Assembly: GCA_022509065.1 (NCBI GenBank)
Contig: JAFLTY010000003.1
Coordinates: forward strand, 1,900 to 65,899
Direction: 5' to 3'
DNA from: Muribaculaceae bacterium
Lineage (GTDB): Bacteria > Bacteroidota > Bacteroidia > Bacteroidales > Muribaculaceae
Length of the DNA: 64,000 bases
Part shown: one piece after another, positions 45,522 to 54,985 of the stretch
How positions within the stretch are numbered: the stretch's first letter is position 1
Layout of the letters: each line of letters begins with the position of its first letter
The notes under the pieces: model-generated
Seen by the model: the letters and a program-made list of their open reading frames with translations, nothing else
What the model was told of the DNA's origin: nothing
Databases searched by the model: none
Translations under genes and position numbers: made by a program

Positions 45522-46985
45522 ATGAAAATCAATCATCTTGCCATAACAACCGCTCTTGTCGCACTTGGTCTTTGCTCCACCAAAATCTATGCGCTTCCCA
45601 CCCCGGTGTGCGAAGCTGACAACACACGTGCGACATCGGAAAAATATATGGTTACCAATCGACCTCCGGTAAACGAACGTTTGTTCAAATCCGATGAGGT
45701 GGAGAGGCAGATATTACGTGTCAAATCGCTTCTGACAAACCCCAAGTTGTCTTGGATGTTTGAAAATTGTTTTCCTAACACCTTAGACACAACCGTACAT
45801 TTTCGTCTTGACGACGAGGGCAAAAATGACACTTTCGTGTACACCGGTGATATACACGCCATGTGGTTGCGTGACTCAGGCGCTCAGGTTTGGCCTTATG
45901 TCCAGTTGTCAAACGCCGACGACGCTCTCAAAAACATGGTTGAAGGCGTCATTCGCCGACAACTGCAATGCATACTGCTCGATCCTTATGCAAACGCGTT
46001 CAATGATGGTCCGACCGGCGGCGAGTGGATGTCGGATAACACCGCGATGATTCCCGATGTCCATGAACGTAAATGGGAAATCGATTCGCTTTGTTATCCC
46101 ATACGCCTTGCTTATGAATACTGGAAAGTGACCGGAGACACTTCTATCTTTGACGAAACATGGCTGGCAGCGGTAAACAAGATTTACGACACGTTTGTCG
46201 AACAACAAAAAAAAGATGGACACGGTTCGTACACCTTCACACGTAAAACAGACCGAGCCTTCGACACTTTGAGTAACAATGGAATGGGCACGCCGGTCAA
46301 ACCTTGCGGTCTTATTGCGTCCGCTTTCCGTCCCTCGGACGATGCCACAACTCTGCAATTCCTCGTGCCTTCAAACTTTTTTGCCGTTTCATCTTTGCGT
46401 AAAGCCGCTGAAATACTCCAAACAGTAAACAATGAACCGGCATTGGCTCAAAAGTGTGAAACTTTGGCCGAAGAGGTCTCAAAAGCTCTTAGCGAATACG
46501 CCCTTTACCAACATTCTGAATTCGGCACGATATATGCCTTCGAAGTGGATGGTTTTGGTAATCATCTTCTGATGGACGACGCCAATGTACCCAGTTTGCT
46601 CGCAATGGCATACTTAGGCGATGTCGATGTCAACGACCTCATATATCAGAACACTCGCCGTTTCGTTTGGAGCGAATATAACCCTTATTTCTTTCGTGGC
46701 ACTGCGGGAGAAGGAATAGGAGGTCCTCATGTCGGATACCGCATGGCATGGCCTATGAGTATAATGATGAAAGCCTTCACCAGCACCGATGACAACGAAA
46801 TTAAAGAATGCCTGACAATGTTGTTGAACACCGATGATGAAAAAGGGTTTATTCACGAATCGTTTAATGTCGATAATCCGGCCGACTACACTCGCGACTG
46901 GTTCGCATGGCAAAACACCCTTTTCGGGGAACTTATATTAAAACTCGTCAATGAGGGCAAGATAGACCTTCTAAACAGTCTATAA
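45522..46985 (+). CDS. GH125 family exo-alpha-1,6-mannosidase
   Basis: DTFVYTGDIHAMWLRDSGAQVWPY is the GH125 hallmark. The ATG at 45522 gives signal MKINHLAITTALVALGLCS. The track start 45474 overlaps the GH2 gene. Confidence 0.85.
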   Translation: MKINHLAITTALVALGLCSTKIYALPTPVCEADNTRATSEKYMVTNRPPVNERLFKSDEVERQILRVKSLLTNPKLSWMFENCFPNTLDTTVHFRLDDEGKNDTFVYTGDIHAMWLRDSGAQVWPYVQLSNADDALKNMVEGVIRRQLQCILLDPYANAFNDGPTGGEWMSDNTAMIPDVHERKWEIDSLCYPIRLAYEYWKVTGDTSIFDETWLAAVNKIYDTFVEQQKKDGHGSYTFTRKTDRAFDTLSNNGMGTPVKPCGLIASAFRPSDDATTLQFLVPSNFFAVSSLRKAAEILQTVNNEPALAQKCETLAEEVSKALSEYALYQHSEFGTIYAFEVDGFGNHLLMDDANVPSLLAMAYLGDVDVNDLIYQNTRRFVWSEYNPYFFRGTAGEGIGGPHVGYRMAWPMSIMMKAFTSTDDNEIKECLTMLLNTDDEKGFIHESFNVDNPADYTRDWFAWQNTLFGELILKLVNEGKIDLLNSL

Positions 46986-47017
46986 AAGCCGATTCGACTA
47001 AATCATAAACAGCATCC

Positions 47018-49171
47018 ATGTCTTTCCGAACTTTCATTACCCCACTAATTTTTCTTGCCGCTTTCACAGCCGCAAAAGCGGAAAACCTCATAAAAATTGA
47101 AAGTGACAACTACATCATTGTCTATGATGTGGCCGGTAATAATCGCGTTTATCAACGTTATCTGGGTAAGAAATTACGTCATCCCGACGACTATTCCCGA
47201 ATAGCCAACAGTCGCGAAGCTCTTCTTACCCACGGAATGGAGGACTATTTCGAACCCGCCATCCACATCAATCACGCCGACAACAACCAGTCGACTCTGC
47301 TTGAGTACACGAATCATACTCAAACAACCGCTCCCGATGGAAGCACATGCACTGTAATATCGCTCGCCGACCCGGTGTATAACAGCAAAGTAAACCTTTG
47401 TTGTACTGTCTATCCTGAAAACGACGTCTTTAAGATTCACACCGAAATAATAAACGGCGAGAACGAGCCTGTCCAAATCGAGAAATACGCATCGGCATTA
47501 CTCCATTTTGACCGACCGTCATATTACCTCACGCAATATGACGGTGATTGGGCTACCGAAGCAAACATCACCGAGTCACAGCTGTCTTTCGGAAAAAAAG
47601 TTCTTGATAGTAAACTTGGCACTCGAGCAAATATGTTTTGCGCTCCTTTCTTCAATATCAGCTTTGACAATCCTGGTAATGAGACTTCTGGTGACGTGCT
47701 TACAGGAACTTTGGCATGGACAGGAAATTTCCGTTTTACCTTCGAGGTTGACCACAACGGTGGTTTAAGACTGATTTCCGGAATCAATCCTTATGCCTCT
47801 CAACGTGTCCTCAATCCAAATGAAACTTTTATAACTCCCGACTTTGTCTTCACCCTCTCCGATTCAGGAACCGGCAAAGCAAGTCGAAATCTTCATGACT
47901 GGGCGCGCAACCATCAGATTGCCCATGGCAACGATGACCGGATGGTGCTTCTCAACAATTGGGAAACTACTTTTTTTGACATCAACGAACAAAAAATAAC
48001 CAATCTCATTCACCAGGCCAAAGACTTCGGTTTTGATCTGTTTCTGCTCGATGACGGTTGGTTCGGTAACAAATATCCTCGTCACAACGACACCCAAGGT
48101 TTGGGTGACTGGGATGAGAATTCAAACATTTTCCCTAACGGCATCGGGGTGCTCACTGCGGCTGCTAAAAACGACTCTGTGAAATTCGGAATATGGATAG
48201 AGCCAGAAATGGTGAATCCCAGAAGCGAACTATACGAAAACCACAAGGATTGGGTAATCACGCTTCCAAACCGCCCGGAATATTATTTCCGTAATCAGCT
48301 TGTGCTCGATCTTACAAATCCTGAAGTTCAGGATTATGTTTTCGGCATTGTGGATACGTTGATGACCCGATATCCCGACATATCGTTTTTCAAATGGGAT
48401 TGCAACTCTCCTATCACAAACATCTATTCCAATTACGAGAAAAATAGGCAATCACACCTTTATGTCGATTATGTCCATGGATTATATAATGTTTTGGAGC
48501 GCATCAGAACCAAATACCCCGACTTGGTCATGATGATGTGTTCAAGCGGTGGAGGCAGATGTGACTACGGAGGTCTCGAATACTTTGATGAATTCTGGAC
48601 CAGCGACAATACCGACCCTCTCGATCGTCTTTTTATTCAGTGGGGATTCTCTCAAATTTTTCCCGCCAAGGTTTTATGCGCTCATGTGACCAACTGGAAC
48701 CGCAACACATCTCTTAAATTTAGAACCAACGTGGCTATGATGGGTAAACTGGGTTTCGATTTAAACCTAAGCGATTTAAACCAACAACAAGCCGCTTACT
48801 GTCGTCAAGCCATAAAAAACTATAATTCGTTCAAAAACACGGTACTTAACGGTGACATCTACCGCCTTGTATCACCTTATAAAACGGAACATGCAGCTAT
48901 AATGTATGTTGATAAAACCGGTGATGACGCAGTTGTTTTCACTTTCGACATTTCTCCGAGATTCAATACAAATATACTTCACACCCAACGCGTTGTACAT
49001 CTACAAGGGCTCAATCCCGATTCACAATATCGTGTCAAAGAAATTGACCGACCTGATGCCGAAGATGCCGAATGGGGTACTTTCTCGGGCGAATACCTGA
49101 TGACCATCGGATTACCGATGCTCACATCATCACGCATGAACAGTCGAGTATTCCGAATCGAAAAAATATGA
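47018..49171 (+). CDS. GH36 family alpha-galactosidase
   Basis: FLLDDGWFG, GIWIEPEMVNPRSELY..HKDW, FFKWDCN (nucleophile context) and CSSGGGRCDYG are GH36 motifs. Confidence 0.85.
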   Translation: MSFRTFITPLIFLAAFTAAKAENLIKIESDNYIIVYDVAGNNRVYQRYLGKKLRHPDDYSRIANSREALLTHGMEDYFEPAIHINHADNNQSTLLEYTNHTQTTAPDGSTCTVISLADPVYNSKVNLCCTVYPENDVFKIHTEIINGENEPVQIEKYASALLHFDRPSYYLTQYDGDWATEANITESQLSFGKKVLDSKLGTRANMFCAPFFNISFDNPGNETSGDVLTGTLAWTGNFRFTFEVDHNGGLRLISGINPYASQRVLNPNETFITPDFVFTLSDSGTGKASRNLHDWARNHQIAHGNDDRMVLLNNWETTFFDINEQKITNLIHQAKDFGFDLFLLDDGWFGNKYPRHNDTQGLGDWDENSNIFPNGIGVLTAAAKNDSVKFGIWIEPEMVNPRSELYENHKDWVITLPNRPEYYFRNQLVLDLTNPEVQDYVFGIVDTLMTRYPDISFFKWDCNSPITNIYSNYEKNRQSHLYVDYVHGLYNVLERIRTKYPDLVMMMCSSGGGRCDYGGLEYFDEFWTSDNTDPLDRLFIQWGFSQIFPAKVLCAHVTNWNRNTSLKFRTNVAMMGKLGFDLNLSDLNQQQAAYCRQAIKNYNSFKNTVLNGDIYRLVSPYKTEHAAIMYVDKTGDDAVVFTFDISPRFNTNILHTQRVVHLQGLNPDSQYRVKEIDRPDAEDAEWGTFSGEYLMTIGLPMLTSSRMNSRVFRIEKI

Positions 49172-49175
49172 TATC

Positions 49176-50117
49176 ATGCTGAAACGCCTCTTTCTCGTCA
49201 TCTTCATATTATTCCTTTCGTCATTTAGCAGCTGGTCTGTCGAGAAGCCCGCGATATTCAATGTGGCCACATACAATCTTCGACAACTCAATGCTGACGA
49301 CGACTCCCACGGTGACGGGTGGTCGAACCGGTGCCCGGTAATAGCAAAGATCATACAGTTCTATGATTTCGATATTTTTGGCACTCAGGAGGGGTTCAAG
49401 TCTCAGTTGGAAAATCTTAAAGACAGTCTTCCATTTTATGACTATATCGGAGTGGGTAGAGAAGACGGTAAAGAGCAAGGCGAACACTCGGCAATTTTCT
49501 ATAACACAAAGAAGTTCGAGCTGCTCGATAAAGGCGATTTCTGGTTATCTGAAAATCCAGACCGTCCCGGACTCGGATGGGATGCCGCTTGCACACGCAT
49601 CTGTTCTTGGGGTCATTTTCGTCATAAAGAAACAGGCAAAGAATTTAGATTTTTCAACCTGCATCTCGATCACGTAGGTGTCCGCGCACGTATTGAGAGC
49701 GTATTGCTTGTCCAACAAAAAATAAGAGAGTTCGGAATCGATAAACCGACATTTTTAACAGGCGACTTTAATGTGGACCAACATAACGAAATGTATTCTG
49801 TCCTTACTTCATCCGACTTCCTTGATGATTCATTTCATACAGCCGAACTGGTGTTTGCCTTGAATGGCACTTTCAACGGATGGCAAACCGAAGGCTTCAC
49901 GGACAGTCGAATTGACCATATTTTTGTCACTAAGGACATTGCGGTTGAAAAATACGGAATTTTGACCGACACTTATCGCACCAAACTTCTTGAAAATGAG
50001 ACTTCCGATAGTTCAACAGTGCCCCACGCCGACAAGCCGGATGAAATAAATGTTGTGAAATATAGGGCACGAATGCCTTCGGACCATTTCCCTGTGCTAA
50101 TAAAAGTGGAACTTTAA
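49176..50117 (+). CDS. Endonuclease/exonuclease/phosphatase (EEP) family secreted phosphoesterase
   Basis: FNVATYNLR near the N-terminus, ...FNLHLDH..., and C-terminal PSDHFPV are EEP catalytic blocks. It has a signal peptide and starts 4 nt after the GH36 stop. Confidence 0.8.
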   Translation: MLKRLFLVIFILFLSSFSSWSVEKPAIFNVATYNLRQLNADDDSHGDGWSNRCPVIAKIIQFYDFDIFGTQEGFKSQLENLKDSLPFYDYIGVGREDGKEQGEHSAIFYNTKKFELLDKGDFWLSENPDRPGLGWDAACTRICSWGHFRHKETGKEFRFFNLHLDHVGVRARIESVLLVQQKIREFGIDKPTFLTGDFNVDQHNEMYSVLTSSDFLDDSFHTAELVFALNGTFNGWQTEGFTDSRIDHIFVTKDIAVEKYGILTDTYRTKLLENETSDSSTVPHADKPDEINVVKYRARMPSDHFPVLIKVEL

Positions 50118-50150
50118 GCCACAACTTGCTTAGCCAATCAACATTGTCCT

Positions 50151-51794
50151 ATGAAGAATCCAATAGCAATAACATTCCTTGTCCTTTTATCAATGCCGGT
50201 AATTGTTCTAAGTCAACAAACCGATGTTGAATTCGAAGTTAGGGCCAAATATCTTAACATCCCCGTTTCTCATGCTTCTGAAAGATTGCACATGCAAATG
50301 AGTTCTGACCCAATGGATACGTTGCCCTTCGAAATTCGACTGGCATCGCAAGTGCCCGATTATTGGATGTTCAAAGATATTTCTTCTCTAAAAGGTAAAA
50401 AACTGAAAATTCATACCGACAGACCGAGTGTCGGACTCAATGCAATATACCAGGCGGACACTATTGCCGGCGAGTCAACTATTTACCACGAACGTCAACG
50501 TCCCCAATATCACTTCACCTCAAAGCGCGGATGGCTCAACGACCCCAACGGGTTAGTGTATCATGATGGCGAATACCATCTTTTCTATCAGCACGATCCT
50601 TACGACCGGGACGGACTTCATAAACACTGGGGTCATGCCGTAAGCACTGACCTGATACACTGGCAGGAGCTTCCTTCAGCAATTTTCCCTGACACCAAAG
50701 GAGATATATGGTCGGGAACCGCTGTCATGGATGTAGCGAACACCTCAGGTTTCGGCAAAGACGGTAACCCGGTAATGGTGGCCGCTTATACAGTAGACAA
50801 CGGTGCGACTGAGACTCAACATATCGCCTATAGTAACGATCGTGGACGCTCCTTTACCAAATATGCTTCGAATCCAGTTGTGGCGAGCAATGACAAGTGG
50901 CACACAATTCACACTCGCGATCCAAAATTGTTACGTTACGACGATTCTCATTGGGTCATGGTTTTATGCGAGCGCGACGGTCATTCCATTTATACTTCGG
51001 ATAATCTTCGCGATTGGACATACCGCAGTCACATAACCGGTTTCTGGGAATGCCCCGAACTTTTCGAACTGGCTATTGACGGAAATCCCGAAAATACCCT
51101 TTGGGTAATGTATGGTGCATCCGGTACGTATATGCTGGGGAACTTTGATGGTTACGTTTTCACTCCGGTCTCAGGTAAGCATAAATACACCGGAGGCTCG
51201 CTATATGCGGCTCAGACATTCAATAATATGCCGGATAATTATGGTCGCCGTATTCAAATCGGTTGGGGAAGAATATCGATACCTGACACTCCTTTCAACC
51301 AACTAATGCTCTTGCCCACCGAACTGACTTTACAAACCACAAAAAATGGAGTTCGAATGATTAATCGGCCGGTACGTGAATTAGACGCTTTGTGTCATTT
51401 GCTCGATAAAGACGTGGATTTGTCGCAACAGAGTGCCACGGATTTGCTCAACCGATTTACAGAAACAGACGGGTTGCGCATCAAGGTGACCATAGAATTG
51501 TCACATGCCACCGATGCATCATTGTGGTACGGCGGACAACGCATCATCGACTATGACCTAAACGGCACTTCAATGAACGGACACTTCTATTCTCCACAAG
51601 ATCCAACTGACATGTGTTTGACAGCAGACATTTTTATTGACAGGATGGTGGCAGAGGTGTATATAGATGGTGGTCTGTTTTCTGATTCTATGTCACTTAA
51701 TCCATATATTGAAAAGCCTCGGTTTGAGTTTAAAGGAAACAATATAAAAATAAAAAATATCGAGGTTTACAGTGTGGATTCCATTTGGAATTAA
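50151..51794 (+). CDS. GH32 family beta-fructofuranosidase-type enzyme
   Basis: QYHFTSKRGWLNDPNGLVYHDGEYHLFYQHDP (WMNDPNG block), HTRDPKL (RDP) and FWECPELF (EC) are all present, so all three catalytic signatures are intact. It has a signal peptide. Confidence 0.85.
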   Translation: MKNPIAITFLVLLSMPVIVLSQQTDVEFEVRAKYLNIPVSHASERLHMQMSSDPMDTLPFEIRLASQVPDYWMFKDISSLKGKKLKIHTDRPSVGLNAIYQADTIAGESTIYHERQRPQYHFTSKRGWLNDPNGLVYHDGEYHLFYQHDPYDRDGLHKHWGHAVSTDLIHWQELPSAIFPDTKGDIWSGTAVMDVANTSGFGKDGNPVMVAAYTVDNGATETQHIAYSNDRGRSFTKYASNPVVASNDKWHTIHTRDPKLLRYDDSHWVMVLCERDGHSIYTSDNLRDWTYRSHITGFWECPELFELAIDGNPENTLWVMYGASGTYMLGNFDGYVFTPVSGKHKYTGGSLYAAQTFNNMPDNYGRRIQIGWGRISIPDTPFNQLMLLPTELTLQTTKNGVRMINRPVRELDALCHLLDKDVDLSQQSATDLLNRFTETDGLRIKVTIELSHATDASLWYGGQRIIDYDLNGTSMNGHFYSPQDPTDMCLTADIFIDRMVAEVYIDGGLFSDSMSLNPYIEKPRFEFKGNNIKIKNIEVYSVDSIWN

Positions 51795-51850
51795 ATGTTT
51801 TTATTTAAATTTGCAACTATAAATCAATCAATAACCCTAATCTCAAAGTT

Positions 51851-52990
51851 ATGGAACTTAAAGAAATAATCCGCAAGGAATTTAAACAGCGTTTCGGAGT
51901 AGAAGGCACAGTATATGCATCGGCCGGTCGCATAAATCTAATTGGAGAACATACCGACTACAACGGCGGCTTTGTTTTTCCGGGGGCTATAGACAAGGTC
52001 ATAATGGCAGAACTGCGTGCCAACGGTACCGACAAAGTCAAAATCTTCTCGATTGATATTAACGAGTATGTAGAATTCGGTCTTAACGAAGAAGACGCTC
52101 CCGTTGCTCAATGGGCACGCTACATTTTCGGTGTATGCCGTGAAATAATCAAACGCGGTGGCCGAGTAGAGGGTTTTGATGCCGTCTTTGCAGGTAATGT
52201 TCCTCTGGGCGCCGGTTTGAGTTCTTCGGCTGCCCTCGAGTCATGCTTCGCTTTTGCACTTAATGACATGTTTAACAACGGATCGATTGACAAGTTCGAG
52301 CTGGCTCGTATCGGTCAATCAACCGAACATAATTACTGTGGTGTCAACTGTGGCATTATGGATCAGTTTGCCAGTGTCTTCGGCAAAAAAGATCACCTTA
52401 TGCGTCTTGACTGCAGATCTATGGAATATGAATATTTTCCTTTCCATCCCGAAGGTCACAAGCTCGTTCTGCTTGATTCGGTAGTCAAACACGAACTTGT
52501 GGATTCTCCTTACAACAAACGCCGCGAATCGTGCGAACGCGTAGCCAAACGTCTTGGCATTGAAACATTGCGCGATGCCACACCCGAAATGCTTGAATCA
52601 ATAAAAGATGACATTAGCGAAGAAGACTATCGCCGAGCAAAATTCGTAATTGGCGAAAAAGATCGTGTATTGGCAGTTTGCGATGCATTGGTCAAAGGCG
52701 ACTATGAAACAGTCGGACGGTGCATGTATGAGACACACAACGGCTTGTCGAAAGAGTATGAAGTTAGTTGCGAAGAACTCGACTATCTTAACGATATCGC
52801 CAAGGAATGCGGTGTAACAGGTTCACGAATAATGGGCGGTGGTTTTGGTGGATGCACCATCAACCTGGTAAAAGACGATCTTTACGACACATTTATCGAA
52901 ACAGCAAAAAAACGCTTCAACGAAAAATACGGTCATGAGCCTAAAGTGTACGATGTAATTATTAGCGACGGCGCTCGCCGTGTGGAGTAA
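51851..52990 (+). CDS. galK: Galactokinase
   Basis: GRINLIGEHTDYNGGFVFP (galactokinase signature) and GAGLSSSAALE (GHMP ATP motif). Confidence 0.9.
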   Translation: MELKEIIRKEFKQRFGVEGTVYASAGRINLIGEHTDYNGGFVFPGAIDKVIMAELRANGTDKVKIFSIDINEYVEFGLNEEDAPVAQWARYIFGVCREIIKRGGRVEGFDAVFAGNVPLGAGLSSSAALESCFAFALNDMFNNGSIDKFELARIGQSTEHNYCGVNCGIMDQFASVFGKKDHLMRLDCRSMEYEYFPFHPEGHKLVLLDSVVKHELVDSPYNKRRESCERVAKRLGIETLRDATPEMLESIKDDISEEDYRRAKFVIGEKDRVLAVCDALVKGDYETVGRCMYETHNGLSKEYEVSCEELDYLNDIAKECGVTGSRIMGGGFGGCTINLVKDDLYDTFIETAKKRFNEKYGHEPKVYDVIISDGARRVE

Positions 52991-53001
52991 TAATCTGTGA
53001 T

Positions 53002-54051
53002 ATGATAGCAAAAACAATCCACACCTCGCCTCATGGCGATATCACGCTGTTGAGGCTGACCAACTCTTCAGGAGCTTCTGTCGTTCTCAGCACACTCGGT
53101 GCCGGTATCATAGAAGTCAACGTGCCCGACTCTAACGGGAGAATGGATGACGTAGTTTTGGGCTACGCAAATCCGGCTGATTACATGGCTGACGGACCCT
53201 GCGCGGGGAAATGTCCCGGACGGTATGCGAACCGCATAGCCAAGGGTGTTCTGGAAATTGACGGTAACAAATACTCCTTACCGATAAATAACGGTCCGAA
53301 CCATCTTCATGGTGGCCCGGAAGGTTTTCAAAACCAGATCTGGACCGTGGTTGAAGCCAATGACAACACCGTGGAAATGCAATATGTTTCAGCCGATGGA
53401 GAACAAGGATATCCCGGAACACTAACGGCTACGGCAATCTACACTTGGACCGACCAAAACCAACTAAAGCTCACACTCAAAGCTCAGGTTGAAGGCAAGC
53501 CCACAGTTGTCAATCTTACAAACCATGCTTATTGGAATTTGTCAGGACATGACGCAGGCAACGCGCTCAAACAAACATTACAACTGAACGCCTCCAAATA
53601 TTTGCCCACCGATGATACCCTTATTCCGACGGGTGACTTTGCCGACGTAAAGGATACCCCGATGGATTTCACTTCACCCAAGTCACTGGATACAGACATA
53701 CATGCAGATTTCCCGGCACTTGTTTTTGGCAAAGGGTACGATAACTGTTGGGTAATTGACAACTTCGACAACGGTAAGGAAAAAACAGCAGCCATACTGA
53801 CCGATGACAAATCCGGTCGCGTCCTTACAGTTACCACCGACCAACCCGGGGTGCAGATATATACTGGCAATTGGCTTGCAGGCTCGCCCACAAACAAAGC
53901 CGGACGTCCTTATGCAGACTACGACGGCGTGGCTATAGAGTGTCAGGATTTTCCCGATGCTCCTAATAAGTCTAATTTTCCCGGCACTGTGCTGCGTCCG
54001 GGCGAGGTTTATTGCCGACACATAACATTTACGTTCTCAACAAAAAAATAA
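53002..54051 (+). CDS. galM: Aldose 1-epimerase (cytoplasmic mutarotase)
   Basis: GRYANRI, NHLHGGPEGF and TNHAYWNL blocks. There is no signal peptide. Confidence 0.85.
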   Translation: MIAKTIHTSPHGDITLLRLTNSSGASVVLSTLGAGIIEVNVPDSNGRMDDVVLGYANPADYMADGPCAGKCPGRYANRIAKGVLEIDGNKYSLPINNGPNHLHGGPEGFQNQIWTVVEANDNTVEMQYVSADGEQGYPGTLTATAIYTWTDQNQLKLTLKAQVEGKPTVVNLTNHAYWNLSGHDAGNALKQTLQLNASKYLPTDDTLIPTGDFADVKDTPMDFTSPKSLDTDIHADFPALVFGKGYDNCWVIDNFDNGKEKTAAILTDDKSGRVLTVTTDQPGVQIYTGNWLAGSPTNKAGRPYADYDGVAIECQDFPDAPNKSNFPGTVLRPGEVYCRHITFTFSTKK

Positions 54052-54956
54052 TGAAACCCACACTTTTTATACTCGCGGCAGGCATGGGCAGTCGCTATGG
54101 CGGCTTAAAGCAACTCGACGGTCTGGGTCCCTGTGGCGAAACAATCATGGACTATTCAGTCTACGACGCTATTAAAGCAGGCTTCGGCAAGATAGTATTC
54201 GTCATACGCAAAGACTTCGAAAAAGACTTTCGTGACAAAGTTCTATCGAAATACGAGGGCAAAATCCCGGTGGACATCGTTTTTCAGTCTGTCGATAAAT
54301 TGCCCGACGGCTTTGTTTGCCCACCCGATCGCACAAAGCCATGGGGTCCTGCACACGCAATCCTTATGGCAAAAGACACAATTAAAGAACCATTCGCCGT
54401 TATCAACGCCGATGATTTTTATGGCCGCAACTCTTTCGAAGTAATGGCAGCAGAACTTAACCGACAAAAAGAGGAACCAGGTCAGTACGCTATGGTAGGT
54501 TTTGCTGTTGGTAACACAATGACCGAAAACGGCATAGTGGCTCGTGGTGTCTGCGAACGTAAGGACGGATACCTTACCTCGGTGGTCGAACGCAAGACTA
54601 TAACGTACAACGACAAGGGAGACATTATATTCACCGATAACGAAGGCATTGAACACACACTTGACCCTTCAACCCCGGTTTCAATGAATATGTGGGGATT
54701 TACTCCTGATTACTTCGCCGTGGCTGAAAGAGAATTCACCGACTTCCTCAAACGAGACATAAATACTCCCAAAGCCGAACAAGTCATACCCGATGTCATC
54801 GGGAATTTGATACGTTCAAACGAAGCTAAAGTCAAAGTCCTGGATACTAATTCCCGGTGGTTTGGCGTTACATATGCTGAGGACAGACCAAAAGTCGTAC
54901 AAAAATTCGCCGAACTTCATCAATCCGGCCAATATCCTACCCCACTTTTCCGATAA
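54051..54956 (+). CDS. Sugar-phosphate nucleotidyltransferase-fold protein
   Basis: The ATG at 54051 overlaps the galM TAA by 1 nt. MKPTLFILAAGMGSRYGGLKQL is a G-rich NTP-binding loop of the nucleotidyltransferase fold. ...PWGPAHAIL...VINADDFYG is also present. Confidence 0.65.
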   Translation: MKPTLFILAAGMGSRYGGLKQLDGLGPCGETIMDYSVYDAIKAGFGKIVFVIRKDFEKDFRDKVLSKYEGKIPVDIVFQSVDKLPDGFVCPPDRTKPWGPAHAILMAKDTIKEPFAVINADDFYGRNSFEVMAAELNRQKEEPGQYAMVGFAVGNTMTENGIVARGVCERKDGYLTSVVERKTITYNDKGDIIFTDNEGIEHTLDPSTPVSMNMWGFTPDYFAVAEREFTDFLKRDINTPKAEQVIPDVIGNLIRSNEAKVKVLDTNSRWFGVTYAEDRPKVVQKFAELHQSGQYPTPLFR

Positions 54957-54985
54957 CATAACCAATAAATTAACCATACCAAATC

